A stretch of 64,000 nt of DNA, taken from positions 43,444 to 107,443 of the forward strand of contig BQJE01000001.1 of the NCBI GenBank assembly GCA_021604545.1. Direction: 5' to 3'. The translations under genes and the position numbers were made by a program. This DNA comes from Micavibrio sp. (GTDB taxonomy: Bacteria > Pseudomonadota > Alphaproteobacteria > Micavibrionales > Micavibrionaceae). Position 1 is the stretch's first letter, and every line of letters begins with the position of its first letter. The notes under the pieces were generated by a model. The model saw only the letters and a list, made by a program, of their open reading frames with translations, had not been told where the DNA came from and searched no databases. Shown here piece after piece: positions 46,089 to 56,068 of this stretch.

Positions 46089-47104
46089 AAATTCATCTTT
46101 CTTGGGTCAAAAGCGTCACGCACGGCTTCGCCGATAAATGTAAGCAGCGAGAGCATAACCGCAAGCGATAAAAAGGCTGCAATGCCAAGCCACGGGGCTT
46201 GCAGGTTGTTTTTGCCTTGGGCCAAGAGTTCACCAAGTGACGGCGAGCCGGGCGGTAGGCCAAGACCGAGGAAATCGAGCGATGTCAGCGCCGTAATCGA
46301 ACCGGTCAAAATAAACGGCATAAAGGTAATGGTGGCCACCATGGCATTGGGCAGGACATGACGCCACATGATGACGGGGTTGGAAATGCCGAGCGCATTG
46401 GCGGCGCGGACATAATCGAAATTTCGTGCACGCAGAAATTCGGCGCGCACCACGTCAACCAATGACATCCAGGAGAATAAGAGCAGGATGAGGAGGAGGG
46501 TCCAGAAACCCGGTATAAACATGCTGGCAAAGATGATGAGGATGTAAAGCGATGGCATCGACGACCAGACTTCGATCACACGCTGCATGACCAGGTCGAC
46601 CCGTCCGCCGTAATAGCCTTGCACGGCGCCCGAGGCAATGCCGATGATCGAGCTGATGACTGTAAGAATGAGCCCGAACATGACAGAGATACGAAAGCCG
46701 TAAATCACGCGGGCGGCGACGTCCCGGCCCTGATCATCTGTGCCGATGATGTTGTCGGATGTCGGGGGTGAGGGGGCCGGCTGGGGCAGATTGTAGTTGA
46801 TGGTGTCATAGGAATAGCGGATCGGCGGCCAGAGCATCCAGCCGTTTTTTTCGATTAGTCCGGCGACATACGGATCGCGGTATTCAGTTTCGGTTTCAAA
46901 GTCACCGCCGAATTTGGTTTCCGGATAGTTGAAGAATACGGGAGCGTAAATGCCGCCATCGAATTTCACAAGCAGCGGTTTGTCATTGGCAATGAATTCT
47001 GCGGACAGGGCCATCAGCAAAAGGAACAAGAAAATCCACAAACTCCAGAAGCCGCGTTTGTTGGCACGGAACTGGGCAAGACGGCGCTTTGTGATGGGGG
47101 TCAT
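46085..47104 (-). CDS. yejE: Peptide ABC transporter permease YejE
   Basis: The N-terminus [35 protein letters not shown] is the YejE hallmark. A DppC-type permease core follows. Confidence 0.88.
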   Translation of the reverse strand: MTPITKRRLAQFRANKRGFWSLWIFLFLLLMALSAEFIANDKPLLVKFDGGIYAPVFFNYPETKFGGDFETETEYRDPYVAGLIEKNGWMLWPPIRYSYDTINYNLPQPAPSPPTSDNIIGTDDQGRDVAARVIYGFRISVMFGLILTVISSIIGIASGAVQGYYGGRVDLVMQRVIEVWSSMPSLYILIIFASMFIPGFWTLLLILLLFSWMSLVDVVRAEFLRARNFDYVRAANALGISNPVIMWRHVLPNAMVATITFMPFILTGSITALTSLDFLGLGLPPGSPSLGELLAQGKNNLQAPWLGIAAFLSLAVMLSLLTFIGEAVRDAFDPRKMNL

Positions 47105-48201
47105 ACGGCCCTCGCTTCGAAATCAATACGTGGATCAACCATCACATAAACGATGTCGCGTATCAGTGTCATCACCAGCCCAATCAGGCCATAGAAGTAG
47201 AGCGTGCCGAGCACGACCGGGTAATCGCGGTTGATGATGCTCTCATAACCAAGAAGACCCAAGCCATCGAGGCTGAAGATCACTTCAATCAGCAGTGATC
47301 CGGTAAAGAAAATATGAACAAAGGCGGCGGGGAAGCCGGCGATCACAATAAGCATGGCGTTGCGAAAGACATGATTGTAGAGCACCTGCTTTTCCGCCAG
47401 CCCCTTGGCGCGGGCGGTGAGAACATATTGTTTGCCAATCTCATCCAAAAACGAATTTTTGGTCAGCATGGTGAGGGACGCAAAGCCGCTGATGACCATC
47501 GCCGCAATCGGCAGGGCCATATGCCACATATAATCAAGGGCAAGCTGGATAGGGCCCATTTCCTGCCAGTTATCGGAGGTGAGCCCTCGCAGCGGGAAGA
47601 GGTCGAAATAACGCCCACCGGCAAAAACCACAATCAGCAAGATCGCGAACATAAAGGACGGAATGGCATAGCCGATGAAAATTGCGGCGCTGGTCCAGAT
47701 GTCAAAATGCGTGCCGTCACGCACGGCCTTTTTAATGCCGAGCGGAATGGAGATCAGATATATAATAAGTGTCGACCACAGCCCGAGCGAAATCGACACC
47801 GGCATTTTTTCCAGCACCAGTTCCAGCACGTCGATATCGCGGTAATAGCTTTGCCCGAGATCAAAGTGCAGATAATTCCCAACCATAAGAATAAAACGTT
47901 CATGCGCCGGTTTGTCAAAACCGTAAAGTGCCTCGAGTTCGGCTATAAATTCCGGGTCGAGTCCCTGCGCTCCACGGTATTTGCTGCTCTGGCCGGTGGC
48001 GCTTTGCATCGACGCGCCCATTTCACCGCTGGATGAGCCACCGAAACGGGCTGTGGCTTCGGTGCCGTGGCCCTGAAGCTGGGCGATCATGCGCTCAACC
48101 GGGCCGCCGGGGACAAACTGGATAATCACAAAGCTCACCAGCATAATCCCGAGCAATGTCGGGATCATCAAAAGCAGGCGTTTGAATATGTAAGAGGCCA
48201 T
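47101..48201 (-). CDS. yejB: Peptide ABC transporter permease YejB
   Basis: I chose the start at [16 protein letters not shown]. It has the YejB-specific insert ...[24 protein letters not shown] and a DppB-type core. Confidence 0.88.
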   Translation of the reverse strand: MASYIFKRLLLMIPTLLGIMLVSFVIIQFVPGGPVERMIAQLQGHGTEATARFGGSSSGEMGASMQSATGQSSKYRGAQGLDPEFIAELEALYGFDKPAHERFILMVGNYLHFDLGQSYYRDIDVLELVLEKMPVSISLGLWSTLIIYLISIPLGIKKAVRDGTHFDIWTSAAIFIGYAIPSFMFAILLIVVFAGGRYFDLFPLRGLTSDNWQEMGPIQLALDYMWHMALPIAAMVISGFASLTMLTKNSFLDEIGKQYVLTARAKGLAEKQVLYNHVFRNAMLIVIAGFPAAFVHIFFTGSLLIEVIFSLDGLGLLGYESIINRDYPVVLGTLYFYGLIGLVMTLIRDIVYVMVDPRIDFEARAV

Positions 48202-48252
48202 AGGACTCAGTATAAAGAAAAAACAAGAAGGGGGAAGGGGGTGGGGCCTCAA

Positions 48253-49623
48253 TTATGGGATGGGTTGATTTTGATGTCTTTTGTTAATATTTTTCGTCTC
48301 TCCGATGGCTATCGTTTGTAATTTCTTCGCTGATATGAAGTCAGGGTAGAGTCCAAGAGCTTTGTCCGCGTATTCCAAAGCTTTAGAAGTGTCCTTATTA
48401 TGTAGCGCTCTATACCCTGCGGCAACCAGGACATGCTTGTTACTGGGGTGTGCTTTCAGCGCATCTTGAATAATGCGCTCGGCTTTTTCATTTTCACCTA
48501 ATTTTGTGCAGCAATGTTCAGCCAGCATAAGGAGTGAAAACTTTTCAGGATTTTTTTCAGCCAAAACTATTTCAATACTATTCATAGCCATTTCGTAATC
48601 TTCTGCTGCATAATAAAAACGCGCCAGTTGATTTCTTGTTCTCATGTTGTTGGGAAATATTTGTTCGGCACGGTTTGCTACAGTCATGGCATTTTCAAGG
48701 TGAACAGAATTTTTGTCGGCGGCAATCCATTTGCCGTACATGTCCAGCGCCTTGCTAAAGGAAATGCTTTTATCTTGGCATTTATCATATATCTGGTTAA
48801 TGAGGGGCTCGGCTTCCTTAAATTGTCCTGTTTCTGTTAGGGACTCAAATAAATGTAGCAAGCCATATCTGGAGATCACATTTTTTTCATGAACAGCTTT
48901 TAATAGAGGCGCTGCCCTTTCGTGATTCCTGCGCTCGCACAACACGATGCCCAGTTCTTCCTGGATTTTCAGGTCTTCAGGGTCTAATTCATGGGCTTTT
49001 TCAGCGTGAGCCAGCGCCTCCTCATAATCTTTCTTATGCGAACGTGCTAAATACGCAAGCTCCTTATAGGCTAAAGCGTTTGGTTTAAATTTTGTACTTT
49101 CCAAATAAGCATTTCCGGCCTCGGCATAATCGCCCAGTGCTTTATAGGCCTCTCCCAGAGCATAAAAAGTTTGATGATCGGGACATGTTTTACAAGCTTG
49201 TTTTGCCTCATATAGGGCTTCATTAGCATAGTCTCTATGTTTCCTTGCATTATAAAGTGTTAATAGAGTTAAAACGATCTCTGAAGCTATGGCAGAATTA
49301 TCCGGTTGTACTTTTTGCGCACATCGTGCGAAATGTAATGCGCCCGGGGATCTATCGACGCTATTTAATATATGAGAAAATTTTATATTTGCTTCTGCAT
49401 GATCAGGTAAATGATCGAATATATAGTCACCGACGATCTGGCAGGCCTGGTCAAGTTTCTGATGGTTATTTTTTAGTTTCTGCCCCTTCGGTTGATCGTA
49501 AAGTGTTGCCCTGTAGTTTGCCAAAAGATCCAAAACTTCCACGGGCTTGTTTTTTACCGATGCATTGAGTTTTCCCGGATTGCTGAGTAGTGCAAAATCT
49601 TGAGACAGATTATAAGTAGCCAT
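48253..49623 (-). CDS. Tetratricopeptide-repeat protein (AT-rich)
   Basis: It has many A..Y/G..y..A TPR-like repeats (e.g. ALGEAYKALGDYAEAGNAYLESTKFKPN). No signal peptide. Confidence 0.75.
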   Translation of the reverse strand: MATYNLSQDFALLSNPGKLNASVKNKPVEVLDLLANYRATLYDQPKGQKLKNNHQKLDQACQIVGDYIFDHLPDHAEANIKFSHILNSVDRSPGALHFARCAQKVQPDNSAIASEIVLTLLTLYNARKHRDYANEALYEAKQACKTCPDHQTFYALGEAYKALGDYAEAGNAYLESTKFKPNALAYKELAYLARSHKKDYEEALAHAEKAHELDPEDLKIQEELGIVLCERRNHERAAPLLKAVHEKNVISRYGLLHLFESLTETGQFKEAEPLINQIYDKCQDKSISFSKALDMYGKWIAADKNSVHLENAMTVANRAEQIFPNNMRTRNQLARFYYAAEDYEMAMNSIEIVLAEKNPEKFSLLMLAEHCCTKLGENEKAERIIQDALKAHPSNKHVLVAAGYRALHNKDTSKALEYADKALGLYPDFISAKKLQTIAIGETKNINKRHQNQPIP

Positions 49624-49698
49624 ATTAACTCTTTCCTCGTAATTTCACATTGTCATAGCAGAGGAAAGAAGCAGGCGCAACAAATATGTCAAAAGATC

Positions 49699-50316
49699 TT
49701 AAGGTTTAATATTCCACTCCGTCACAGTCCAGCGATTATCTTCATATTTGAGGATTGCTAAGGCTCCTGTGGAAAGTTTGATGTTGTGGTTTTTCCTGAA
49801 TTCTTCGAAATCTCCAGAAATATGCGGGGCAAAGCGGGCAATGCCGTTTGAGGTGACGACCAGTACGGTTTCATTGTCATCAAAGGCCTGGGCCTGATCG
49901 GCAAAGCCCAGCCAGTTTTGAATAATTTGATCAGGGTCCACCTTCCAGCCATCGGGAACGATTGCGCTTTCATCCCAGTCCTTAATGGCTTGTTCTCCGA
50001 TGCGGGCAATGACGTCTTCTTCAGTTTTGTTTTCATCGGGGCCGTAATCAATTTCATTGAAAATATCGAGGGTAAAAATTGGATTGGTGACGCCGGATTC
50101 TTTGATCGCGATTTCAGCAGTTTCCTGCGTGCGTTTGAGATGCGAGGCGTAAACGACGTCGGGAATTAATCTGTTGTCTTGCAAGTATCTTCCGATGGCT
50201 TTGGCTTGCTCCCGGCCTTTTTCAACCAGTCGTAAATCAGTATGCAGGCCGACGCGGGTGGGGGTGTCACCGGGCTCAAAAGTATTGCCGTGCCGTGCAA
50301 TAATAAGCGTGGTCAT
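49699..50316 (-). CDS. Histidine phosphatase family protein (phosphoglycerate-mutase-like)
   Basis: It has the RHG catalytic motif (LIIARHGNT) and a downstream SHLKRTQETA. Confidence 0.8.
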   Translation of the reverse strand: MTTLIIARHGNTFEPGDTPTRVGLHTDLRLVEKGREQAKAIGRYLQDNRLIPDVVYASHLKRTQETAEIAIKESGVTNPIFTLDIFNEIDYGPDENKTEEDVIARIGEQAIKDWDESAIVPDGWKVDPDQIIQNWLGFADQAQAFDDNETVLVVTSNGIARFAPHISGDFEEFRKNHNIKLSTGALAILKYEDNRWTVTEWNIKP

Positions 50317-51125
50317 GCGAAATGGTCACCATGTTTGGTCAGCATTTTTTCTGCGCGTTTTAAATCTTCGGGTGTATCAATGCCCGATTGCATTAACCCC
50401 GTGGCTAATTTGACCTTTACGGCATGGATGCTGATGTCGTTTTCGAGCATGCGTAGTTGTTCCAGGCCTTCAACCTTTTCATACGGGCTTTGTGGCAGAG
50501 AGCAGAATTTTTCCAGGACATCGGTCCTGAATCCGTAAAGCCCCATATGCTGGTATACGGGGGACTTTTTATTTTTTTCTCGCATGGCTTCTTCATTGCG
50601 GATGGCGGGAAGAATATTCTTTGAAAACCACAAAGCCCGGCCTTCTTTGTTGACGACGGCTGTTGTGCCGCTAAAGGGCGTTTTCTTTTTGGCATCACGT
50701 AAACGGTCGAGATCTTCCCAGATCAACTGATGAACAGGCGTAACAACTTCGATAAAATCCTTGGTTTTAAAAGCTTTGATCAGGGCTTTGACCACCGATG
50801 GCGGGGTAAAGGGGGCGTCGCCTTGAAGATTGATCACAAAATCCGGCCAGTCATTAAGCTGGCGCAGGGCGGAGAGCACACGGTCAGAACCGGTGCGGCA
50901 GCTCGGCGGTGTCATGATGCAGGGCACGTCTAAAGTTTTTGCGTGTTTCTCGATATCCCGGTTTTCGGTGGTGGTAAAAACAAAAGCATCATCAATATCG
51001 CGTATAGCGGATTGAGCCAGGCTTACAACGCGGGACAACATGGTGCGCCCGCCTATTTTTTCTAGAGGTTTGCCGGGGAAACGAGAAGAGCCGTAGCGGG
51101 CTGGTATAGCGATGGCTATTTTCAT
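50313..51125 (-). CDS. kdsB: 3-deoxy-manno-octulosonate cytidylyltransferase (CMP-KDO synthetase)
   Basis: I chose the start at MKIAIAIPARYGSSRFPGKPL. It also has NLQGDAP. Confidence 0.9.
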   Translation of the reverse strand: MKIAIAIPARYGSSRFPGKPLEKIGGRTMLSRVVSLAQSAIRDIDDAFVFTTTENRDIEKHAKTLDVPCIMTPPSCRTGSDRVLSALRQLNDWPDFVINLQGDAPFTPPSVVKALIKAFKTKDFIEVVTPVHQLIWEDLDRLRDAKKKTPFSGTTAVVNKEGRALWFSKNILPAIRNEEAMREKNKKSPVYQHMGLYGFRTDVLEKFCSLPQSPYEKVEGLEQLRMLENDISIHAVKVKLATGLMQSGIDTPEDLKRAEKMLTKHGDHFA

Positions 51126-52993
51126 GGTGTTGCTTCTACTTTTCCCGCTTCCTTGTGCCACCACGTGCTGCTGATCAGTGGGCTGATCCCGGATAAAGTT
51201 TCAGGGCGCTGGATTTTGCTCCAATGAGCGATGCGCCATTTCGGGTAATGCCACATCGGGATGACGTAATGATTGTGTAGCAAAATCCGGTCCAGCGCGC
51301 GGGAGTGAGCGACGAGGTCTTCGCGGGATTTGGCTTTAATTAATTGTTCGACCAATTCATCAATCGCCTTGTCCTTGATACCAATATAATTACGCGAGCC
51401 GCTCATTTCTGCTTTGTCACTGCCCCAGTAATCGCGTTGCTCATTGCCGGGGGAGGCAGACTGGCCAAAGGCCGCAATCGTCATATCAAAATCAAATTCA
51501 TTCATGCGGTTTTGATATTGGGCGCTGTCGACAACGCGGAAGGAGGCTTTGACGCCGATGCGTTCCATATTTTTGATGAAAGGCAGGACCCAGCGCTCGA
51601 ACTGTGGATTGGAATCCAGAATTTCAAACTCAAGACGTTGCCCATCTTTCGAGCGAATGCCGTCTTCTCCAAGTTTGTAGCCAGCCGCATCAAGGATTTG
51701 CATGGCTTTGCGTAAGTTCGTGCGGTTGTTGCCAGAGCCATCGGTGGCCGGGACTTTGTATTCCGTTGTAAAGACTTCAGCCGGGATACGGTCCTTAAAC
51801 GGCTCTAGAATTTCCAACTCGCGCGGTGACGGCAGGCCCGAAGACGCCAGTTCCGAATTCTCGTAATAGCTATCTGTGCGGACATAAGTGCCATAGGCGA
51901 ATTGCTTGTTCGACCATTCAAAGTCAAACGCATAGGCTAGGGCTTCGCGCAGTTTGATGTCCTGAAAAATCGGGCGGCGGATATTATAGGCGAAAGCCTG
52001 CATGCCCGCCGGGCGCTGGTTTTCAATTTCTTCTTTGGTGATGCGTCCGTCTTTTACCGCTTCGGTGTTATAGGCGGTTTCCCAGAGCTTGGCGGTGTTT
52101 TCAATCTGCACGTCATATTCACCAGACAGGAAAGCTTCGAGGGCGACATTAGAGTCACGATAATAATCATACTGAACGCGCTCGAAATTATTAAAACCTT
52201 TGAAGAACGGTAGATCCTTGCCCCACCAATCGGGGTTGCGCACATATTCAATGGAATGGCCGGGATCGATCTTGCCGACTTTATATGGCCCGCTGCCGAG
52301 TGGTGCGTCCAGTGAGGTCACGCCAAAATCGCGGCCCTCAGTGGTCCAGTAATGTTTGGGCAGCACAACGATTTCGGCAACAATGAGCGGAAGCTCTGCA
52401 TTGCCTTTGACGGCAAATTCAAATTTCACGCGGCGTTCGCTCTCGGCAGTGACGGATTTTACATCGTGGTAGTAAGCTTTGTAAAACGGTGTGCCTTTTT
52501 CCAGCAGCGTGTTGAACGTCCAGACAACGTCCTCTGCTGTGATTGGTTTACCGTCATGCCATTTGGCTTCGGGGCGGAGGTTGAACGCAATCCAATCGCG
52601 CTCCGGGCTCATTTCAACTGTTTCGGCGAGGATGCCGTAAAGCGTGAATGGCTCGTCCCATGAATTTTGCATCAGGCTTTCATAAACAAAACCACTGCGC
52701 AGGAAATTAAGGCCCGCCGCCGGTGTGCCCTTAACAATGAAGGGGTTGAGGGAGTCAAAACTGCCGATGGCGTTGACTTTAAGCGTGCCGCCTTGCGGAG
52801 CCTCTGGATTCACATAGCCAAGATGCGTGAAGTCTGGTCCGTATTTGGGATTTCCATGTAAGGCAAGGGCATGGACGGGTTGCGGCGCAGTGACTTCAGC
52901 TTGTGGCGCAGGTATTTCTGCTGGCGGCGCACTTTCTTCCTGCGCGATGGCGGGAGAGGTGAAAAGTATCAATGTCGCTAATAATAATCTCAT
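51122..52993 (-). CDS. yejA: Family-5 periplasmic substrate-binding protein YejA
   Basis: I chose the start at MRLLLATLILFTSPAIAQE, a signal peptide with an AAGGAAAG RBS. It is a ~620-aa Dpp/Opp-type SBP. Confidence 0.85.
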   Translation of the reverse strand: MRLLLATLILFTSPAIAQEESAPPAEIPAPQAEVTAPQPVHALALHGNPKYGPDFTHLGYVNPEAPQGGTLKVNAIGSFDSLNPFIVKGTPAAGLNFLRSGFVYESLMQNSWDEPFTLYGILAETVEMSPERDWIAFNLRPEAKWHDGKPITAEDVVWTFNTLLEKGTPFYKAYYHDVKSVTAESERRVKFEFAVKGNAELPLIVAEIVVLPKHYWTTEGRDFGVTSLDAPLGSGPYKVGKIDPGHSIEYVRNPDWWGKDLPFFKGFNNFERVQYDYYRDSNVALEAFLSGEYDVQIENTAKLWETAYNTEAVKDGRITKEEIENQRPAGMQAFAYNIRRPIFQDIKLREALAYAFDFEWSNKQFAYGTYVRTDSYYENSELASSGLPSPRELEILEPFKDRIPAEVFTTEYKVPATDGSGNNRTNLRKAMQILDAAGYKLGEDGIRSKDGQRLEFEILDSNPQFERWVLPFIKNMERIGVKASFRVVDSAQYQNRMNEFDFDMTIAAFGQSASPGNEQRDYWGSDKAEMSGSRNYIGIKDKAIDELVEQLIKAKSREDLVAHSRALDRILLHNHYVIPMWHYPKWRIAHWSKIQRPETLSGISPLISSTWWHKEAGKVEATP

Positions 52994-53009
52994 GTGCTTT
53001 CCTTTGTTA

Positions 53010-54395
53010 TCAAGCTGCTTTTTGCTTGCGGTAGGCGCCGGGTAAATCAGGTTTGCCGAACAGGAATCCCTGTCCGTAATGTATATCATAATCAAGCAGT
53101 TCTTTTAAGCTGTGCTCGGTTTCAATCTTTTCAGCAATAACGCCGATGCCGTTGGCTTCCAGCCTTTTCTTCATCCGCACCATATCATTAAACTTCCGGT
53201 CGGTGTCCATTTCACTCAGCATCCACGCAGAATTAAGTTTTACAAAACGGATTTTATACTTTTGCAGCAGGGCTATGTCCGGTTCTTCCTGGCGCACATG
53301 ATCGAGCGAAAAGGCGCAACCCAGTTTTCCAAGCCCGCCTAGAATTTGCAGAACCGGCATGCTTAAATTTTCGAAATCGTTTTGGGGGATTTCAAAAATA
53401 AGGCGTGGTGCCAGTTCTCTGTTCTTGGCCAGAAACTCCAACAGCTCTTTCATATAGCCAGTATTTTTTAATGTCGCCGGTGTGATGTTGATAAAAAACG
53501 GAGCTGCCTTTTTCACATGGGCTGATTTTTTGATGATCTTCAGGCAGTGTGTAAGGAGAAGATTGTCGATGTTGTTGCTGAGTTTATCCCGTTGTGCTTG
53601 TTCCATGTAGCGTGCAGCGGGGAGGTAGACCCCTGGATTGGCACGGATGCGGGCGAAAATTTCATAGAAACGCGTTTTGCGTTGGGGCAGGCGTACAACC
53701 GGCTGAACAAAAACGTCAATGCGCTTATCGCGCACGGCATGATGAACCAGATCTTTTATGACCATGTCGGTTAGCGTTGCATTATTCGCATAAGGGTCAT
53801 CATTTGAAAAGTTGTTGGTGATGGCCGCGACCAGCTCTTCCGGGCGCGCTGTTGGCTGGGTTTCGGTTTCCAGGTCTGGGGCTTCCGGCTCAGAGGCTCG
53901 CATTTGCGCTTCTTGCGCTTCTTCCTCTTCAAAAAGCTGCCTTGCTGTTTTTGGCGCCAGTCTTTTTTCTTTAAGTTTTTTTTCTGGAGATTTTTTCTGT
54001 GGTGCTTTTTCTTTCTTCTCTGCTTCTTTTGCGACAAGATTTTTCCATTTGATGCTGCTTCTTGTGTCCATCACATTCTCTTTGATCTGGGCAATTTCTT
54101 CGCCCTGACGCGCGAGCTCTTTGGCTGTATCTTCCTGGCGGCTGTGCAGGGTGCTGATGTTATAATTTGTTTTGTTTTCCCAGTTGCGGCGATGCGTGGT
54201 GTCTAGAAGAATGATATAGGTCACAGCCGTAAAGCCGCCGGTCAAAATCGCCAGCTCGACCGAGACCATCGCAATGATCGCGACAAAGGTAGCAGAGATT
54301 GTCACGGCGGTGGCCGTAAAAGCCGGGTTGGACCGTTTTGGCGGTTTTTCCTGCGTTCTCTTTTTTGGATTCTTTTTCAAAAATTCAAGAGCCAT
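53010..54395 (-). CDS. Membrane-anchored EAL-domain protein with partly degenerate active site
   Basis: It has two N-terminal transmembrane helices and a K/E-rich linker. The EAL domain shows QPVVRL...YEIFARIR, FINIT, FEIPQ, SLDHV, FVKLN, AEKIE and GQGFLFGKP. Confidence 0.8.
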   Translation of the reverse strand: MALEFLKKNPKKRTQEKPPKRSNPAFTATAVTISATFVAIIAMVSVELAILTGGFTAVTYIILLDTTHRRNWENKTNYNISTLHSRQEDTAKELARQGEEIAQIKENVMDTRSSIKWKNLVAKEAEKKEKAPQKKSPEKKLKEKRLAPKTARQLFEEEEAQEAQMRASEPEAPDLETETQPTARPEELVAAITNNFSNDDPYANNATLTDMVIKDLVHHAVRDKRIDVFVQPVVRLPQRKTRFYEIFARIRANPGVYLPAARYMEQAQRDKLSNNIDNLLLTHCLKIIKKSAHVKKAAPFFINITPATLKNTGYMKELLEFLAKNRELAPRLIFEIPQNDFENLSMPVLQILGGLGKLGCAFSLDHVRQEEPDIALLQKYKIRFVKLNSAWMLSEMDTDRKFNDMVRMKKRLEANGIGVIAEKIETEHSLKELLDYDIHYGQGFLFGKPDLPGAYRKQKAA

Positions 54396-55515
54396 TGGCT
54401 GCCTTACTGCTTTTTTTGTTTAGCCCCACGCCAGTACCAATGGCATCAGCAATGTTGCCATGTCCGTCGGCTTTGAGCAGCATCAGTAATTCTTCGTTTA
54501 TGGAATGTGCCACAGTTGGGCCTTTGAACACAAGCGCGCTGTAGAGCTGCAGCAATGAAGCCCCCGCTTTTATTTTGTCATAGGCATCGCGGCCGCTGGA
54601 GATACCGCCAACCCCAATAATCGGGATTTTGCCCTTGGTCAACCTATAGAAACTCTTGATGGCTTGCGTGGACATGTCTTTTAGCGGCTTACCACTAAGC
54701 CCGCCTGGCTGACTGGCAAAGCGCGCGGGCAGGCCTTCGGGTCGAGCCAGAGTCGTATTGGTCAGAATAATGCCGTCCACTTTTGCATTCAGCAGGGTGG
54801 CGGCAATTTCTCCGCGTTGTTCTTCTTCCATATCCGGGGCGAGTTTGACCAGCAAAGGCGGTGGATGATTGCCGCAGGATTTTTTGCGCTCTTCCATCAT
54901 CGCGCCCAGAAGCTCGGTCAGCGGCTCCTTTGCTTGCAAATCGCGCAAGCCTGGCGTGTTGGGGGACGAGATATTAATTGTTAGATAATCGGCCATCGGT
55001 CCCAGCATACGGATCAACACACCATAATCTTTGGCCGGATCTTTCTGGCTTTTGTTCATGCCGATATTAATGCCGATAACACCGGGGGGGCGGGAAGAGC
55101 CACCGCTCGTTTTACCTGCAAGGAATTTCTCCAGATTGGCTTTAAAGGCATTCATTCCATGGCCGGAAAAGCCCATACGGTTGATAACGGCTTCATTGAC
55201 CGGGTCTCGGAACAGGCGGGGTTTTGGGTTGCCGTGTTGGGGTTTTGGGGTCACGGTGCCGGCCTCGACAAAGCCAAACCCGAGGCCAAAGGTTGGGCCG
55301 ATAACTTCGGCATTCTTATCGAAACCTGCGGCCATTCCTAGCGGGTTGGGAAAGCGCAAACCCCAGATAGTCTGTTCCAATATTGGATCTTTGAGGGTTT
55401 TACCGGGAGGGCTCAAACCGGCTTTCATCGCCTTGATTGTCATGGAATGCGCGCGTTCCGGATCAATCCGAAACAGCAAGGGTCGGGTTAATTGGTAGAA
55501 ATCGGGCATGCCCAA
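54385..55515 (-). CDS. pyrD: Dihydroorotate dehydrogenase (quinone), class 2
   Basis: It has the motifs GLRFPNPLGMAAGFDKN, NISSPNTPGLR and GGISSG. Confidence 0.93.
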   Translation of the reverse strand: MGMPDFYQLTRPLLFRIDPERAHSMTIKAMKAGLSPPGKTLKDPILEQTIWGLRFPNPLGMAAGFDKNAEVIGPTFGLGFGFVEAGTVTPKPQHGNPKPRLFRDPVNEAVINRMGFSGHGMNAFKANLEKFLAGKTSGGSSRPPGVIGINIGMNKSQKDPAKDYGVLIRMLGPMADYLTINISSPNTPGLRDLQAKEPLTELLGAMMEERKKSCGNHPPPLLVKLAPDMEEEQRGEIAATLLNAKVDGIILTNTTLARPEGLPARFASQPGGLSGKPLKDMSTQAIKSFYRLTKGKIPIIGVGGISSGRDAYDKIKAGASLLQLYSALVFKGPTVAHSINEELLMLLKADGHGNIADAIGTGVGLNKKSSKAANGS

Positions 55516-55519
55516 TGGT

Positions 55520-56068
55520 TTACGGCATTTTCCTCATATGGTCCAGAGCCGTTTTGAGATAGTTCCATCCGGTGATGAGGGTGAGGATGGAAGCCCCGGT
55601 CAGGACCAGCTGCCCCAGCATTTGGCCGCCCCAGAAATAGGGGCCGACAATCAGGATTCCGGTGGCAATCATCTGCAGTGTGGTTTTCCATTTAGCAAGA
55701 TTGGTAACGGGGAGTTTTATGTCTTTGTTCCCGAGATATTCGCGCAGGCCCGATACCATGAATTCACGGACGATAATAATGACGACGCTGAGCACCCATA
55801 GATTTTCGATGCGGCCGACAGCGACCAGCATCAGCAAAATTGTGACCACGAAGATTTTGTCGGTGATCGGGTCCATGAGGGTGCCGAATTCGGTGACTTG
55901 GTTGAATTTGCGCGCGACCCAGCCATCGAGCCAGTCGGTCGCCGCGCCGATGATGTAAAGGATTAAACAAACCCACGCCGCCCAGGAAAACGGGATAAAA
56001 AACAGCACGATCATCGGCGGGAGCAAGGCCAGCCGGGTGAGGGTCAATATGTTGGCGAGGTTATTCAT
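55520..56068 (-). CDS. pgsA: CDP-diacylglycerol--glycerol-3-phosphate 3-phosphatidyltransferase
   Basis: It carries the CDP-alcohol phosphatidyltransferase motif DWLDGWVARK...G...DPITDK. Confidence 0.92.
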   Translation of the reverse strand: MNNLANILTLTRLALLPPMIVLFFIPFSWAAWVCLILYIIGAATDWLDGWVARKFNQVTEFGTLMDPITDKIFVVTILLMLVAVGRIENLWVLSVVIIIVREFMVSGLREYLGNKDIKLPVTNLAKWKTTLQMIATGILIVGPYFWGGQMLGQLVLTGASILTLITGWNYLKTALDHMRKMP

